Assembly: GCA_943332615.1 (NCBI GenBank)
Contig: CALQQB010000015.1
Coordinates: 3,238 to 67,237 of the forward strand
Length of the DNA: 64,000 nt
Reading direction: 5' to 3'
Origin: Phenylobacterium deserti
Lineage (GTDB): Bacteria > Pseudomonadota > Alphaproteobacteria > Caulobacterales > Caulobacteraceae
Shown piece by piece: positions 48,008-57,770 of this stretch. How positions within the stretch are numbered: the first letter of the stretch is position 1; every line of letters begins with the position of its first letter. The position numbers were made by a program, and so were the translations under genes. Under the pieces are notes generated by a model. The model was not told where the DNA came from, ran no database searches, and saw only the letters and a list, made by a program, of their open reading frames with translations.

Positions 48008-48703
48008 ATGACCTATGTATTCGAGCCGCCGCCGCAGGCGTCCGCCGCTGTGGCTGGAAGCGACGCGCGCTTCCCCGTGCACCGGATCTACTGCGTCGGC
48101 CGCAACTACGAGGCCCACATCCGAGAGATGGGGTTCGAACCGGAGCGCGAGCCGCCGTTCTTCTTCCAGAAGCCCAGCGACGCCGTCGTCGACAACGGCG
48201 CGACCATCCCCTACGCCAGCGACACCGAGAACCTGCAGTTCGAGGCCGAACTGGTGCTGGCGATCGGCAAAGGTGGGCGAGATATCGCCATCGCCGAGGC
48301 GCTGGACCACGTCTACGGCTACGCGGTGGGCATCGACTTCACCCGCCGCGACCGCCAGTTCGAGGCGCGCGACCGGGGACGGCCATGGGAGCCCGGCAAG
48401 AGCTTCGACCAGTCGGCGCCGATGGCCGCGATCCATTCCGCCTCCGAGGTGGGCCACCTGCAGGCCGGCCGCATCCACCTTTCCGTAAACGGGGCGATGA
48501 AGCAGGATGCCGACCTTTCACAACTCATCTGGAAGACGCCCGAGATCATCTCGATCCTGTCGCGCTCCTGGCTGTTGGCGCCGGGTGACCTGATTTTCAC
48601 CGGCACGCCCGCGGGCGTCGGCTCGGTGACGCCGGGCGACGAGATCACCGTCGCGGTCGAGGGCCTGGAGCCCCTGAAGGTGCGGATAGGACCGCCGGCC
48701 TAG
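48008..48703 (+). CDS. FAH family hydrolase (fumarylpyruvate hydrolase-like)
   Basis: 231 aa. IYCVGRNYEAHIREMG...ELVLAIGK...DFTRRD...GTPAGVG. Confidence 0.85.
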   Translation: MTYVFEPPPQASAAVAGSDARFPVHRIYCVGRNYEAHIREMGFEPEREPPFFFQKPSDAVVDNGATIPYASDTENLQFEAELVLAIGKGGRDIAIAEALDHVYGYAVGIDFTRRDRQFEARDRGRPWEPGKSFDQSAPMAAIHSASEVGHLQAGRIHLSVNGAMKQDADLSQLIWKTPEIISILSRSWLLAPGDLIFTGTPAGVGSVTPGDEITVAVEGLEPLKVRIGPPA

Positions 48704-48759
48704 ACCCCTCGCGGGCGAGCCGGCTTTTCAACCCTGCCGGGCGCCGCTATCTGCAGGGC

Positions 48760-49509
48760 ATGGCCCAGGTCCAAAAACGTGACTCTTTGCTCGATCTGAA
48801 CCGGAGCGCGGTTTCCCGGTACATCCAGCTGGCCACGCTGTTTCGCCAGCGCATCGAGTCTGGGACCTGGCCGGTGGGCGCGCAGATCCCGATCATCGAC
48901 GAGCTGGTCGCCGAGTGCGGCGTGGCGCGCGCCACGATCCGCCAGGCGCTGGGCGTGCTGGAGGACGAGGGGCTGCTGGCCCGCTATCGCGCTAAGGGCA
49001 CCTTCGTGCTGCGCCGGGCGGCGGAGGGGCTTTGGTGTGAGATGGAGTCCGACTGGCAGGGACTGCTCACGGCCCGTGAGGGCGCCGTGATCAAGCTGAT
49101 CCGCAGCGAGCTGGTCAGCGGCTTGCCGGCCTGGCCGCACCGCATAGGCGAACCGGCGGGGTCCTATCGGCGGCTGCGCCGCCACCATTGGCGGGACAAC
49201 CGCCCCTACCTGGTGGCCGACGTCTACGTGGACGCCGAGTTGGCGCGTAAGGTGCCGAAGCTCGCCTTCACCACCCAGACGGCGATGCGCCTGGCCGCAA
49301 GCCTCCCCGGCGTGGAGATCGCCGACGCCCGCCAGACCCTGACAGTGGCCAGCGCCGACGTGGAGGCCGCCGCCGCCCTTGAAGTCCCGTTGAACGCGCC
49401 CGTGGCGCACGTGCACCGCTCGGTCGTCGACCAGCATGGCCGTCTGGTGCTTGCGGCCTTCGGCATCTACCGCGGCGACGTGGTGCGGGTGGACGTGAAG
49501 CTGAAATAG
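48760..49509 (+). CDS. GntR family regulator, HutC/UTRA subfamily
   Basis: IPIIDELVAECGVARATIRQALGVLEDEGLLARYRAKGTFV plus a C-terminal UTRA-like domain. Confidence 0.85.
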   Translation: MAQVQKRDSLLDLNRSAVSRYIQLATLFRQRIESGTWPVGAQIPIIDELVAECGVARATIRQALGVLEDEGLLARYRAKGTFVLRRAAEGLWCEMESDWQGLLTAREGAVIKLIRSELVSGLPAWPHRIGEPAGSYRRLRRHHWRDNRPYLVADVYVDAELARKVPKLAFTTQTAMRLAASLPGVEIADARQTLTVASADVEAAAALEVPLNAPVAHVHRSVVDQHGRLVLAAFGIYRGDVVRVDVKLK

Positions 49510-49535
49510 GCCGCCGCGCCCAGTGCTGGCCTAGT

Positions 49536-49556
49536 TTTGTTATTCCCTATAACAAA
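49536..49556. promoter_or_regulatory. 8-bp perfect inverted repeat, candidate GntR/HutC operator
   Basis: TTTGTTAT-TCCCT-ATAACAAA, between gntR and the RraA-like gene, in a locally AT-rich patch. Confidence 0.4.
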
Positions 49557-49588
49557 TTGCCGCAGGAGCTGACCTGCGGAGGACGAAG

Positions 49589-50335
49589 ATGGCTGAGCGC
49601 CGGCTGACCGGGCGGATCGCCGCCGAGCGCATCCGTCTCTTCAAGGTCCCCTCACCGCCTGCCGGGACGGTCGAGGGTTTCCTGGCGCTGGGCGACGCCA
49701 GCGGGGTGGTCTCCGACGTGCTGGACGAACTGGGATTGGGGACAAGCGCGGTCGGGGCGAGCGACCTGCGGCCGACGCTGCCGGGAACGCGCATGGTTGG
49801 CCCGGCGCTCACCTTGCGAAACGTTCTGCAACGGGGCGACCCGATGGCGGCGGCGCGGGCGAAGGTCAACCGGATGGCCGAATTCGAGGCTCATAACCTG
49901 GCGCGCGCCGGCGACGTGCTGGTGATCCAGGGTGTGTCAGGCGTCTCCAACATGGGCGGCATCTCGGCGCTTACCGGCAAGCGCCAGGGAGAGGCCGGAG
50001 CCATCGTCTGGGGCGGCGTGCGCGACGTGGCCCACTCGCGCGAGGTCGGCTACCCAGTCTGGGCGCGCGAACTTACGCCGGTGACCGGCAAGTGGCGGCT
50101 GGAGACCGTGGAGATCAACGGTCCGGTGCAGATCGGCCAGGTGCGCGTGGAGCCCGGCGACCTGGTGGTGGCCGACGAGACCGGGGTATGCTTCGTGCCC
50201 CAGGGGCGTATCGAAGAGGTCCTGGAGCTCTGTCGGCGCAAGACCCAGGCGGAGGACGAGCGGTGCGCCGCCATCGACCGCGGCGTGCCGGTGCCCGACA
50301 TCGCCAACGCCAACTACGGCGAGAAGCCCGCCTAA
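49589..50335 (+). CDS. RraA family protein (aldolase/decarboxylase-like)
   Basis: GDVLVIQG...GGISALTGKRQGEAGAIVWGGVRD...VEPGDLVVADETGVCFVP. Confidence 0.8.
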   Translation: MAERRLTGRIAAERIRLFKVPSPPAGTVEGFLALGDASGVVSDVLDELGLGTSAVGASDLRPTLPGTRMVGPALTLRNVLQRGDPMAAARAKVNRMAEFEAHNLARAGDVLVIQGVSGVSNMGGISALTGKRQGEAGAIVWGGVRDVAHSREVGYPVWARELTPVTGKWRLETVEINGPVQIGQVRVEPGDLVVADETGVCFVPQGRIEEVLELCRRKTQAEDERCAAIDRGVPVPDIANANYGEKPA

Positions 50336-50346
50336 CGCCGGTCCTC

Positions 50347-50811
50347 TCAGGACTCGATCAGGCCGGGTTCGCGGGCGCGCAGGACCGTGCGGAAGGCCTC
50401 AGGCCAGGCCGTGGAACTGTGGCTCGCGCGGTGGGTGTTGACCCAGACCTGGTCGCCGGAAGCCAGCACGAGGTCGGAGCCGGCGCGGAAAACCTCGTAG
50501 ACGAAGGTCAGGCTGCTGCGGCCGAGTTTGGCGACGCGGCAGGCGATGTCGATCTCCTCGTCCAACAGGATCGGCGCCTTGTAGCTGACAGTGGCCTGCA
50601 CGACGTGCATGGCGGTCCCGTTCTCGGCGTCGGCGGCGAAGCGGTCGAAGCCGAGGCCACGGAAGTACTCGTTCATGCCGACGCCGAAATAGACGAGGTG
50701 CATGGAGTTGTGCGCGATGCCTTGGCGATCCACTTCGCTGAAGCGGACACGGAGCCTATGGATCAACGAGAAGTCGGACCGCGCCACGCAATACCTTCCA
50801 AGAATAACCAA
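50347..50811 (-). CDS. acyl-CoA thioesterase (4HBT/YbgC-like hotdog)
   Basis: RVRFSEVDRQGIAHNSMHLVYF; 154 aa. Confidence 0.8.
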   Translation of the reverse strand: MVILGRYCVARSDFSLIHRLRVRFSEVDRQGIAHNSMHLVYFGVGMNEYFRGLGFDRFAADAENGTAMHVVQATVSYKAPILLDEEIDIACRVAKLGRSSLTFVYEVFRAGSDLVLASGDQVWVNTHRASHSSTAWPEAFRTVLRAREPGLIES

Positions 50812-51007
50812 GCCTTGCGCCCTGACCTAGCCCCGCGGATCCAAAAGGGCAATCAATAGGACTTTAAGCGCCCAAATGATAAGGCGACGCGGGGCCGGCC
50901 AAGAAGCTTCTGGTCTGGATATATTTCCTTGACGAGCCTACGGCGGCAAATAGGGTCCAGGCTGACGGCCGACAGAAGCCGGATCAGGGAACGGCCGGAG
51001 TCCGGAC

Positions 51008-52390
51008 ATGACGACGACATCGGCGGCCACAGCGCCCAAGGCCGGCGCCTGGCGGCCCTATCAGTACTACGTGCTGTTCGTCCTCATGCTGGTGAACACC
51101 TCGAACTATCTCGACCGCGGAATCCTCGGGATCCTGCAGCAGCCGATCAAGGACGACCTGCGCCTGACCGACTGGCAGCTCGGCATCCTGGGCGGACCCG
51201 CCTTCGCGATCCTCTATTCCGTCGCTGGCCTGCCGATCGCCCGGCTGGCGGAGCGTAAGAACCGGGTCACGATCCTCAGCGCTGCGCTCGCTTTCTGGTC
51301 AACCATGACGGCGCTCTGCGGGGTGGCTGGCGCCTATGGGCAACTGCTGCTGTTCCGGCTGGGCGTTGGTGCGGGCGAGGGGGCCTGCACGCCGGTCACC
51401 CACGCGATCTTGGCCGACTACTTCACCGCCCGGCAGCGCGGCATGGCCATGGCGGTGATGACCACCAGCATTCCTTTCGCCCACATGATCGCGCCGCTGG
51501 CCGGCGGGTTGATCGCCCACACCTGGGGCTGGCGCGCGGCTTTCATCGCCGCCGGCTTGCCTGGCCTCCTCATCGCGGTCCTGATGAAGACCACCGTCCG
51601 GGACGGCCGCGCCAAGGACGAGCACGGCGCGCCGGTGCGGCCGCAGACCAGCAAGTTCCTCGCCGACGTGAAGCTGATCTTCTCGATCCGCGCCTTCCTC
51701 TTCCTGTTCATCGCCAGCGCCTTCCTCGGCCAGGCGATCACCGGGACCAACTCGTTCTCGGCCTCCTACTTCATTCGCGAGCATCACATGACGGTGGCCC
51801 AGGCCGGGATCATCTCCGCGGTCGGGTTGGGCGTTGCGGGGCTTTGCGGCACGATGTTGGGCGGGTTCCTCGCCGATCGGTTCGCCGGGGCCCACGGGCG
51901 CTCCTATGCGTATGTCTGCGCCCTGGCGGCCGGGCTGGCGGGGGTGAGCTTCCTTGGCGCGCTCGCCAGCGGCGCATTGCCGCTGGCCGTGACCTTCTTC
52001 CTGATCGCCAACGTGGCTTCGGAAATGAAGAACGGCCCGAACTTCGCGGCCGTGCAGAACCTCGCGCCGCCGCACATGCGGGCCACCGCCTCTGCAGTGC
52101 TGATGGTCGGCGTGATCGTCATCGGCGCGGGCTTCGGTCCGATCGAGGTGGGCGCCGCCAGCGACTTCATCGCGTCCCGGAACTTCCCCGCCGCCCTGGG
52201 CGCGTTCAGCGTCGTCTGCCCAGGCGGCAAGGCGCTAGCCAACGCCGCGCCTGACATCGTGGCGAGCTGCAAGGCGGCCTCGGCCGCGGGCCTGCGGGGC
52301 GGGCTGGTGGTGCCCTGCATCGCCTACATGATCGCCATGCTGTTCTTCCTGCTCTCTGGACGCGCGATCCGCGCGAAGCTCCAGACCTAG
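51008..52390 (+). CDS. MFS transporter
   Basis: 460 aa, about 12 TM helices. LDRGILGILQQPIKDDL and GRLAERKNR-type loop motifs. Confidence 0.9.
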   Translation: MTTTSAATAPKAGAWRPYQYYVLFVLMLVNTSNYLDRGILGILQQPIKDDLRLTDWQLGILGGPAFAILYSVAGLPIARLAERKNRVTILSAALAFWSTMTALCGVAGAYGQLLLFRLGVGAGEGACTPVTHAILADYFTARQRGMAMAVMTTSIPFAHMIAPLAGGLIAHTWGWRAAFIAAGLPGLLIAVLMKTTVRDGRAKDEHGAPVRPQTSKFLADVKLIFSIRAFLFLFIASAFLGQAITGTNSFSASYFIREHHMTVAQAGIISAVGLGVAGLCGTMLGGFLADRFAGAHGRSYAYVCALAAGLAGVSFLGALASGALPLAVTFFLIANVASEMKNGPNFAAVQNLAPPHMRATASAVLMVGVIVIGAGFGPIEVGAASDFIASRNFPAALGAFSVVCPGGKALANAAPDIVASCKAASAAGLRGGLVVPCIAYMIAMLFFLLSGRAIRAKLQT

Positions 52391-52555
52391 CAGGCTGTTG
52401 AAATTCGTTTTTGGGTACCCTGAACTTGCACGAAGCTTCTCTCGGAGGACAAAAAGCTGAGCTATTTCAGCAACAGAAATTCTTCCAGACGACGGGATGC
52501 CACCAAATACCGGCCAAATCGACCGTGGTGGCCGACTTTTTCAACAGCCTGCTAG
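52387..52555. repeat. 169-bp MITE-like unit bounded by 17-bp perfect inverted repeats
   Basis: CTAGCAGGCTGTTGAAA (52387-52403) and its exact reverse complement (52539-52555). Low-GC interior. The left arm overlaps the MFS stop codon. Lies next to the IS630 remnant. Confidence 0.55.
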
Positions 52556-52654
52556 AGCATTCCCCGGCCTCGATGAATCGAATGTGATCGTGGGTAGGAT
52601 TCCGCGGGTTAGCGGTGCGTGCGCCGATGGTGGCCTGTGATTCGGGAGGCGGAC

Positions 52655-53405
52655 ATGGGCGCGGCACACCCTGAAGATCTTCGGTGTCGGGTCGTGGCGG
52701 AGGTGGAGGGCGGCAGCACACGGCGGGCGACGGCGCCCCGGTTCAAGGTTTGCGACTCGTCGGCGATCCGGTGGGTGGCGCTGAAGGCGGCGACGGGAAG
52801 CCTGACGCCGAAGAGGGGCCGCAAGGCCCGCTCTCCGCTGGAGCCGCTCCAGGCCTGGCTACTGGAGCTGAACGCCAGGGAGCCGGATCTGACCTTGGAC
52901 GAGACGGTCGAGCGGATCGGCCTCGATCTGGGCCTCAAGACCAGCGACAGCTCGGTGGACCGGTTCTATCGACGCCATGGCGTCACCTTCAAAAAAACCC
53001 CTGCACGCGGCCGAGCAGACCCGTCCCGACGTGGCTGAAGCGCGCGAGCGCTGGAAGGCCGGCCAAGGAGACCTTGACCCCGCCAAGCTGGTCTTCATCG
53101 ACGAGACCGCGACCAACACCAAGATGGTCCGCGCCTACGGTCGCTGCCCCAAAGGCCAAAGGGTGGTCGGCAGCCAGCCCTTCGGCCAGTCGAAGACCAC
53201 GACCTTCATCGCGGGGCTGCGCTGTGACGCGATCACCGCGCCCTGGGTCCTCGACGGGCCGATTAACCCCGACGCCTTCCTGGTCTACATAGATAAGGTG
53301 CTCGGTCCCACGCTCCGTCCGGGCGACATCGTGGTGATGGACAACCTGCCCGCCCATAAGGGCGACGAAAGACCTTATGACCGTACTTTTGGTTTGGAGT
53401 TTTGA
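52655..53405 (+). mobile_element. IS630-family transposase remnant (frame break at A7 run, 3' truncated)
   Basis: HTH part MGAAHPEDLRCRVVAEVEGGSTRR... continues in the +1 frame after AAAAAAA (52991-52997) as PLHAAEQTRPDVAEARERW...LVFIDET...IVVMDNLPAHKG. The region with the catalytic E is missing. Confidence 0.8.
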
Positions 53406-53454
53406 ACTGCTGCAACGCGCAGCGTGAAAACCGTGCCGCAGCCGGCGGCGCGGC

Positions 53455-53477
53455 TTGACAAAGTTATCGTGTATAAT
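53455..53477 (+). promoter_or_regulatory. possible promoter of the TonB-dependent receptor gene
   Basis: TTGACA (53455-53460), 11-nt spacer, TATAAT (53472-53477). The spacer is short for an E. coli-type promoter but within the range reported for Caulobacter housekeeping promoters. Confidence 0.3.
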
Positions 53478-53600
53478 AATTTGTGCCGGACATCGCGTCA
53501 GACGAATACTACCAGTGTGGAACAGGCGACCGGCCCCTTCGCGGACGCGAAGACCTTCTCGGGCTGAGATCGCTCCCGCGCTACCAAGGGAGGATATCTA

Positions 53601-56411
53601 TTGACTACCCAGTCAGCCCACAGCGTTATCCTGCGTCGCTTCGCAAAGGCCACCCTGCTGGCCACCGGCGCCAGCCTGCTGATCGCGCACGGCGCCGGCG
53701 CCCAAGCCGCCGCCAAGAGCGACCCGTCGGAAGCGGCCGAACTCTCCGAGGTGGTGGTCACCGGCACCTCGATCCGCGGCGTCGCGCCGGTCGGATCCGC
53801 GCTCACCGCTGTCACCCGCGAGGAGATCAAGGCGTCCGGCGCCGTCAGCGTCGTGCAGATCCTGCAAAAGACCCCTTCGGTGTTCAATGTGGGCGTGTCC
53901 GAGACCTCGCGGGGTCAGACCGGCGGCTCCTCGAACATCACTTACGGCTCGTCGATCAACATCCGCGGCCTTAGCCCCTACGCGACCCTGACCCTGATCA
54001 ATGGGCACCGCATGGTGCAGCAGGAAGCCCGCGCCGAGACCGTCGATCCCTCGCACATCCCCACCAACATGCTGCAGCGCGTCGAGATCGTCGCCGACGG
54101 CGGATCGGCCATCTATGGCTCCGAGGCGATCGCCGGCGTGGCCAACCTGATCCTGCGTCGCCGCGTGGAGGGCGTCGAGGTCGGCGTGCGCTACGGCGAA
54201 TCCAACCTAGGCTACCAGGAGAAGGTCGGCCAGGTCACCGTCGGCCACGTCTGGGACAGCGGCCAAGTCACGGCCGGCATCGAGTACATGCACAAGCATG
54301 CGTTCTCCCAGTCAAAGCTGTCCTATAACGACCGCTTCCAGATCCCCTTTGGCGGCCAAGATATCCGGTCCACCTCCTGCCAGCCCGGCAACGTCCAGAT
54401 CGGGACGACCTTCTACCCGATCCCCGCAGGCGGCGTGACGCCCGCGACGGCAAGCGGGCTGGTGGCCGGCGCGCCGAACCGCTGCAGCACCTTCCTGACC
54501 GCCGACGCCCTGCCGACGCAGGAGCGCAAGAGCTTCGCGATGACGTTCGACCAGAACATCACCGAAAAGCTGCACATGAATGCCGAGGCGTATGTCTCCA
54601 AGCGCAACTTCAAGCTCACCGCCGTGCCCAACAGCATCACGGTCACGGTGCCCAGCACCAATGCCTTCTACGTAGCCCCGGCCGGCGTCACCGTGCCGCT
54701 GTGCTCGGCGGCCGTGAACACGACGTTCGGCACCCCCACCGGCACCCGTTGCGAAACCGTGCTCTACAACGTCGCCAATGACGTCGGGATCGAGAGCGCG
54801 CTCTACGGATACTCGAGGGTCTACGAAGGTACGCTGGGCTTCACCTACGACCTTCCGAAGGACTGGCAGCTCGCGGCCGACTTCACCTACGGCTTCAACA
54901 CCGACCGCAACTACGATCGGTCGAACGCGCGCACCAACGCAGCCAATCTCAACCGCGCGCTCGCCAGCTCCAATCCGACGACGGCGTTCAATGTGTTCGG
55001 CGGTAGGAGCGACCCGTCGGTTGTTACTTCGACCTCGCCGACCGGCATCTTCAACCAGTTGTTCGATACCGGCGGCCACACCATTATTAAGGTGCAGAAC
55101 TACAAGGTGGACGGCCCTCTGTTCACCCTGCCGGGCGGTGATGTCCGCGCCGCGGTCGGCTTCCAGGACTTCGAGTTCCGCTGGTGGAGCAACAACGCCA
55201 CCGGGCCGCTGACCGCGCCGCTTTTCACTGCCCCGCAGCATGTGACGCGGACCGTTCGCTCCTTGTACGGCGAAGTGAACATCCCGATCATCGGTGAAGG
55301 CAACGCCATGCCGGGCATACAGGCGCTGGAGATCAATTTCGCCGGCCGGATCGACAAATACAACGACCTCGGCCGCACTTCGAACCCGAAGGTCGGGCTC
55401 CGGTACACGCCCGTCGATGGCCTCGTCCTGCACGCGAGCTACGGCACGTCATTCCGCTCGCCGAACGTGCTCGACCTCTACCAGATCTCCACCAATCTCA
55501 ACGTCAGCACGCTGGCCGATCCGACCTGCGGCTGCAACGTCGTGAATATTGCGCTGTCAGGGGGCAATCCGGACATCAAGCCGGAAAGCGCCGACACCTA
55601 TTCGGCGGGCCTCGAGTGGAATCCGACATTCCTCCCGAACTTCAACGCGAGCGTGAACTACTTCCAGATCAAGCTCACCAACCAGATCGCCGCCTTCCTG
55701 TCGGACGCCTCTATCCTCAGCAAGGAAGCGCAACTGGTAGGCACCGGGATCATCACTCGTGTCCCCAACGTCGCCTTTGTCGACGCCATCCTGGCGGTGA
55801 AGACGGTCACCAGCGGCACGCTGCCGGCCGACCACTCGCTGATCAAGACGATCGTCGATGGCCGTCCGCAGAACCTCGGCACCACCAGGGCCGCCGGCAT
55901 CGACATCGCCGCCAGCTACCGCCTCTCGACCGAGAAGTATGGCAATGGGGTGGTCGGCGTGGCTGGCGAGTACTTCACCAAGTACGAGGACAAGGCGCTC
56001 TTCTCGGCGCCCTACGTCGATCGCAAGAACACCATCTTCTACCCGCCGAAGTGGCGCGCCCGCTACTACGTGGGCTGGACCTACGAGAACTGGTCCGGCA
56101 CGGCGACGCTCAACTACCTGAACTCCTATACCAACACGCTGGTCGTCCCGAACACGAAGATCCGGTCCTCGACCACCACCGACCTGCACCTGGCCTATTC
56201 GGTGAAGTCCGACATCCACACGCTGGACGGTCTGACCCTGGGTCTGGATGTCACCAACCTGTTCGACCAGGATCCGCCCCGGGTGCTGGGCCAGGGCACC
56301 GGCGTCCTGGGCACCGGCGGTGTGTCCAACTTCGGCGGGGCCGGCTTCGATCCCACCAAGGCCTACATCCTCGGCCGCCTGATCTCGTTCACCATCGACA
56401 AGAAATTCTAG
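53601..56411 (+). CDS. TonB-dependent receptor
   Basis: TTG start with AAGGGAGGA SD. Signal peptide, plug (EVVVTGTSIRG...), 22-strand-size barrel, C-terminal ...SFTIDKKF. Confidence 0.95.
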   Translation: MTTQSAHSVILRRFAKATLLATGASLLIAHGAGAQAAAKSDPSEAAELSEVVVTGTSIRGVAPVGSALTAVTREEIKASGAVSVVQILQKTPSVFNVGVSETSRGQTGGSSNITYGSSINIRGLSPYATLTLINGHRMVQQEARAETVDPSHIPTNMLQRVEIVADGGSAIYGSEAIAGVANLILRRRVEGVEVGVRYGESNLGYQEKVGQVTVGHVWDSGQVTAGIEYMHKHAFSQSKLSYNDRFQIPFGGQDIRSTSCQPGNVQIGTTFYPIPAGGVTPATASGLVAGAPNRCSTFLTADALPTQERKSFAMTFDQNITEKLHMNAEAYVSKRNFKLTAVPNSITVTVPSTNAFYVAPAGVTVPLCSAAVNTTFGTPTGTRCETVLYNVANDVGIESALYGYSRVYEGTLGFTYDLPKDWQLAADFTYGFNTDRNYDRSNARTNAANLNRALASSNPTTAFNVFGGRSDPSVVTSTSPTGIFNQLFDTGGHTIIKVQNYKVDGPLFTLPGGDVRAAVGFQDFEFRWWSNNATGPLTAPLFTAPQHVTRTVRSLYGEVNIPIIGEGNAMPGIQALEINFAGRIDKYNDLGRTSNPKVGLRYTPVDGLVLHASYGTSFRSPNVLDLYQISTNLNVSTLADPTCGCNVVNIALSGGNPDIKPESADTYSAGLEWNPTFLPNFNASVNYFQIKLTNQIAAFLSDASILSKEAQLVGTGIITRVPNVAFVDAILAVKTVTSGTLPADHSLIKTIVDGRPQNLGTTRAAGIDIAASYRLSTEKYGNGVVGVAGEYFTKYEDKALFSAPYVDRKNTIFYPPKWRARYYVGWTYENWSGTATLNYLNSYTNTLVVPNTKIRSSTTTDLHLAYSVKSDIHTLDGLTLGLDVTNLFDQDPPRVLGQGTGVLGTGGVSNFGGAGFDPTKAYILGRLISFTIDKKF

Positions 56412-56465
56412 TCCCAGGTCACATCCCACGACGGAGTTCCTCCTCCAACGCCGTGGAAATTCTCA

Positions 56466-56502
56466 AGGGAGCCGGCCCGCAGGGGCGGCTCCCTTTTTCT
56501 TT
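56466..56502 (+). terminator. rho-independent terminator
   Basis: AGGGAGCCG-N11-CGGCTCCCT followed by TTTTTCTTT. Confidence 0.7.
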
Positions 56503-56526
56503 GCCTGCGGCCCCGCGCGCGGCTCC

Positions 56527-57770
56527 CTAGGGGGCGACGGCCGCCGTCACCTCGATGGTCAGGCGCGAGCCGGGGACCACGGGGCGGTTGAGGTTGATCA
56601 GGGTGGCGGCCGGTTTCGCGTTTCCGGGAAAGACCGACAGCAGGCACTGCCGATACGGCTGCGACCAACGCATGTCACTGAGGTAGGCGGTCACCTTCAC
56701 CGCGTCGGCGAGCCGCGCGCCTTCGGCCCGCAGCCGCGGCCGTCCGGAACGCCTCGCCACACCGCTGCCTGAATGCGCCGCCTGGCTCGTCGTCGATGCC
56801 CGCGAGGTAGATCATCCGGCGTGGGCCGGAGATGGCCACCCCATCGGAGGGCCCCGTGATCGCGCGCCGCTCCAACCGCGCCGGCCCCGGCGGCGTGGGC
56901 ACGACCGCGGTGACGTCGTAGCCGAAGCGCTCGTCGCGCTCGGGGAAGCCCACCAAGTTCAGGAAGGCGCCGGTGGCGCGCCGGGGCGAGCCCTTGAAGG
57001 CCGCCGAGGTGCAGGGGCGCAGGTCCTGCAGGGTTGTGTCGCTGGCGACAAAGGTCGTCGTCCGTACCATGTCGGAAAAGCCCGCGCCTTCGGCGGCCAG
57101 CGAGCGGCCGATGCGGCCGAGCGTCTCGCGGCACTGGGCCTGGATGTCGCCCCGCGACGCGTCGCCGGCGCGGCCGTCCGCGGCGAGTGTCGAGAGGTAG
57201 AGGGTGCGGTCAGGGCCAGAGACCGTGACCACCTCCGCCGAGCCACCGGACCATTTGGCCTGGTAGTGGTCGGCGGTCTTGGCGAACGCCTGGCCGGGCC
57301 GGGCGGCCACCATGGCGATCACCGACACCTCCAGCAGCATGCCTGGGTGGGCGAGGTGGTTGATGTTGACCATCGTGGCCGCGGGCAGGGGCGAACCGGC
57401 GAAGGCCTTGCGGACGCAGGCTTCGTAGTCCGTCGCGTAGCGGGCGTCGGTGACATAGGCGGTCATGCGCACGAGGTCGCCCATGCCGGCCGGCTGGGTG
57501 GCGAGCAGGCGGCGGATCTTGTCGAAGGCGTAGTCGCACTGGCCGGTGAAATCGCCAGGATGGACGGGTCGGCGGATCGAAGCTTCTGGTGCTGTCCTCG
57601 TCCTCCGCGCCCGAGCCCCAGAGGTAGATCGTCCGCGCCTCGCCCGAGAGGCTGATGGACGCGGGATTGCCGACCGGACCCGTCGTATGGAGCGCGAAAG
57701 GAGCCGCGGCGGCTGGTCTGGCCAGACCCACGACCAGAGCCGCGCAGAGCAGGCGCCGCGCAGGCCGCAC
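56527..57770 (-). pseudogene. secreted triple-RidA (YjgF/UK114) domain protein with two frameshifts
   Basis: GTG 57770 and signal VRPARRLLCAALVVGLARPAAAAP. Three RidA-like units end MLLEVSVIAMVA, FGYDVTAVVP and RLTIEVTAAVAP. The frame changes near 57565 and near 56760. Confidence 0.7.

Noticed and set aside
37718-53405. Direct repeat of the tRNA 3' end marking the far boundary of an island
   Set aside because: I scanned the low-GC junctions (45.3, 52.4-53.6 and 63.2 kb) by eye and found no match to GGTTCGAGTCCTGCCGGGCCCACCA. A computational search is needed.
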